From contig JBHIBG010000016.1 of NCBI GenBank assembly GCA_046758965.1, positions 1 to 39,842 of the forward strand: a stretch of DNA of 39,842 nucleotides, written 5' to 3'. The notes beneath the pieces are model-generated. The model saw nothing but the letters and a program-made list of their open reading frames with translations. It had not been told where the DNA came from and searched no databases. Of the stretch, positions 38,088 through 39,842 are shown one piece after another. This stretch comes from Candidatus Methylomirabilia bacterium. GTDB lineage: Bacteria > Methylomirabilota > Methylomirabilia > Rokubacteriales > CSP1-6. Positions within the stretch are counted from its first letter, which is position 1. Every line of letters begins with the position of its first letter. The position numbers and the translations under genes are program-made.

Positions 38088-39164
38088 CTAGAGTGATTTT
38101 TCGGCCGCGAGCTTCCGAGACAAGGCGATGAGGGCCTCGAGCTTGGCGCGTGCCGCTCCGGAATCCACGGCGTGGGCGGCCTGGGCAACGCCCCTCTTGA
38201 GCTCACTGACCTTTCCCCCCGCCACCAGCGCGGCGGCGGTGTTCATCAGCACGATGTCGCGCTTGGGCCCGCGCTCCCCCTGGAGGATTTGGCGGATGAT
38301 CTGGGCGTTCTCCTCGCGGTCGCCGCCCTGGAGTTGCCGCATGGTAGCCCGGGGCAAGCCGAAATCCTCTGGCCGGACCGTACTGCTCCGCACAACTCCT
38401 TCCCGGACTTCAGCGACCTGGCTCTCGCCGGTGTTCGAGATCTCGTCCAGACCGTCGGCGCCGTGGACCACGAAGGCCCGGATCGTGCCGAGCTCCGCCA
38501 GCACCCGCGCCAGCGGCTCGGTGAGGGCCGCGGAGTAAACGCCAATGACCTGGGCATTGGCATTGGCCGGGTTGGTGAGCGGGCCGAGCATGTTGAACAC
38601 GGTGCGGATCCCCATCTCGCGTCGAGCCGCCATCACGTATTTCATCGCGGTGTGGAGGAGCGGCGCGTACAGGAAGCCGATGCCGACCTCATCGATGCAC
38701 CGTGCAACCTTCGCCGGCGACAGCTCCAGGTTGATCCCTAGAGTCTCCACCACGTCGGCAGAGCCGCAGAGAGAAGAGACAGAGCGATTGCCGTGCTTGG
38801 CCACCCTGAGCCCGGCCCCGGCCAACACGAAGGCCGTGGCCGTGGAGACATTGAAGGTCCCGGCGGCGTCTCCTCCCGTCCCGCACGTGTCGATGAGCAT
38901 CTCGCGGTCCGTTCCCGTCAGGGCCGCGACCTCCTCCCCGCGCGTCCGCACCCGCACGGCCTTGCCGCGCATGACCTGAGCAAAGCCGATGAGCTCCTCG
39001 ACGGTCTCACCCTTCATCCGGAGAGCGGTCAGGAAGGCTGCGATCTGGGCGTTGGTGGCGCCCCCGGACATGATCGCTTCCATCGCCGCCGCCGCTTCGA
39101 TTCGGGTCAGGTCTCTGTTGTCTACCAGCGTCCGGACCGCCTCCGTGATGATGGGGCTCGTCAT
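38088..39164 (-). CDS. trpD: Anthranilate phosphoribosyltransferase
   Basis: DTCGTGGD, FNVST, AKHGNRSVSS, RTVFNMLGPLTNP and GLDE. Start ATG 39164. Confidence 0.95.
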   Translation of the reverse strand: MTSPIITEAVRTLVDNRDLTRIEAAAAMEAIMSGGATNAQIAAFLTALRMKGETVEELIGFAQVMRGKAVRVRTRGEEVAALTGTDREMLIDTCGTGGDAAGTFNVSTATAFVLAGAGLRVAKHGNRSVSSLCGSADVVETLGINLELSPAKVARCIDEVGIGFLYAPLLHTAMKYVMAARREMGIRTVFNMLGPLTNPANANAQVIGVYSAALTEPLARVLAELGTIRAFVVHGADGLDEISNTGESQVAEVREGVVRSSTVRPEDFGLPRATMRQLQGGDREENAQIIRQILQGERGPKRDIVLMNTAAALVAGGKVSELKRGVAQAAHAVDSGAARAKLEALIALSRKLAAEKSL

Positions 39165-39189
39165 GAACGATCCTCCATACCCAGCCCGC

Positions 39190-39842
39190 TCAGGCTGCCA
39201 CGTGAGGCAGCGCGGCAAGGGCCTCCTTGACCTTCTCAGCCGGGTACTCGAAGTTCTCCAGCTTGCCCGCGAGGAACTTCTCGTAGGCGGACAGGTCGAA
39301 GTGGCCGTGACCGCAGAGGACGAAGGCGATGACCTTCTTCCGCCCCGTCGCCTTGCACTTCAGCGCTTCGTCGATGACCGCCCGGATCGCATGGGAAGGC
39401 TCGGGAGCCGGCACAATCCCCTCGGCTTTGGCAAAGGTCACGGCCGCCTCGAAGGTCGGGACCTGGTGGACGGCCACGCACTCGATGACATCCTGGTCAT
39501 AGAGCGCGCAGACCAGGGGGGCCATACCGTGATAGCGAAGGCCGCCCGCGTGGATCGGGGGAGGAATGAAGGAGTGGCCGAGGGTGTACATCTTGACGAG
39601 CGGAGTCATCTTGGCCGTATCCCCAAAGTCGTACACGTATAGCCCCCTGGTGAGGCTCGGGCAGGCCATAGGCTCCACGGCGATGAAGCGGAGATCTTTG
39701 GTGCGGCCCGTGACCGTGTCGGCCACGAAAGGCAGGGTGAAGCCAGCGAAGCTGGACCCGCCGCCGACGCACCCCACGAGGATGTCAGGCCCCTCCCCCG
39801 CCAGCTCGAACTGCTTCTTGGCCTCCAGGCCGATCACGGTCT
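39190..39842 (-). CDS. trpB2: TrpB2 (TrpB-like PLP-dependent tryptophan synthase beta), 3' part
   Basis: [44 protein letters not shown] and CGHGHFD are TrpB2 signatures. The gene is truncated by the window edge. Confidence 0.9.
   Translation of the reverse strand, partial: TVIGLEAKKQFELAGEGPDILVGCVGGGSSFAGFTLPFVADTVTGRTKDLRFIAVEPMACPSLTRGLYVYDFGDTAKMTPLVKMYTLGHSFIPPPIHAGGLRYHGMAPLVCALYDQDVIECVAVHQVPTFEAAVTFAKAEGIVPAPEPSHAIRAVIDEALKCKATGRKKVIAFVLCGHGHFDLSAYEKFLAGKLENFEYPAEKVKEALAALPHVAA

Overview
High-GC bacterial window; the gene style and GC-rich REP-like repeats resemble Rokubacteria/Methylomirabilota, but taxonomy is not established from the sequence. Left end: partial LMW-phosphatase gene, hybrid histidine kinase, transaldolase, cyclophilin-like protein and PfkB kinase. 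From 4.3 to 29.8 kb is a minus-strand acyl-CoA uptake and catabolism cluster: etfBA, three acyl-CoA dehydrogenases, a split B12 mutase with isobutyryl-CoA-mutase specificity residues, a HIT protein, a GctAB-like CoA-transferase, two paralogous Liv-type ABC + acyl-CoA ligase cassettes and a PaaK-like ligase. From 30.1 to 38.0 kb is an apparent accessory block that begins right after a truncated livF-like remnant. It holds a plus-strand operon egtD - MetE-like gene - senA-like gene, facing an OsmF/YehZYXW-type ABC importer. The key observation is that the MetE-like gene has an in-frame TGA exactly at the Zn-ligand Cys (HL*RGN for HLCRGN), followed by a bacterial SECIS-like hairpin. It is therefore probably a selenoprotein sitting in a selenoneine-type cluster with no senB/senC in the window. 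Right end: trpD and a partial TrpB2 gene.
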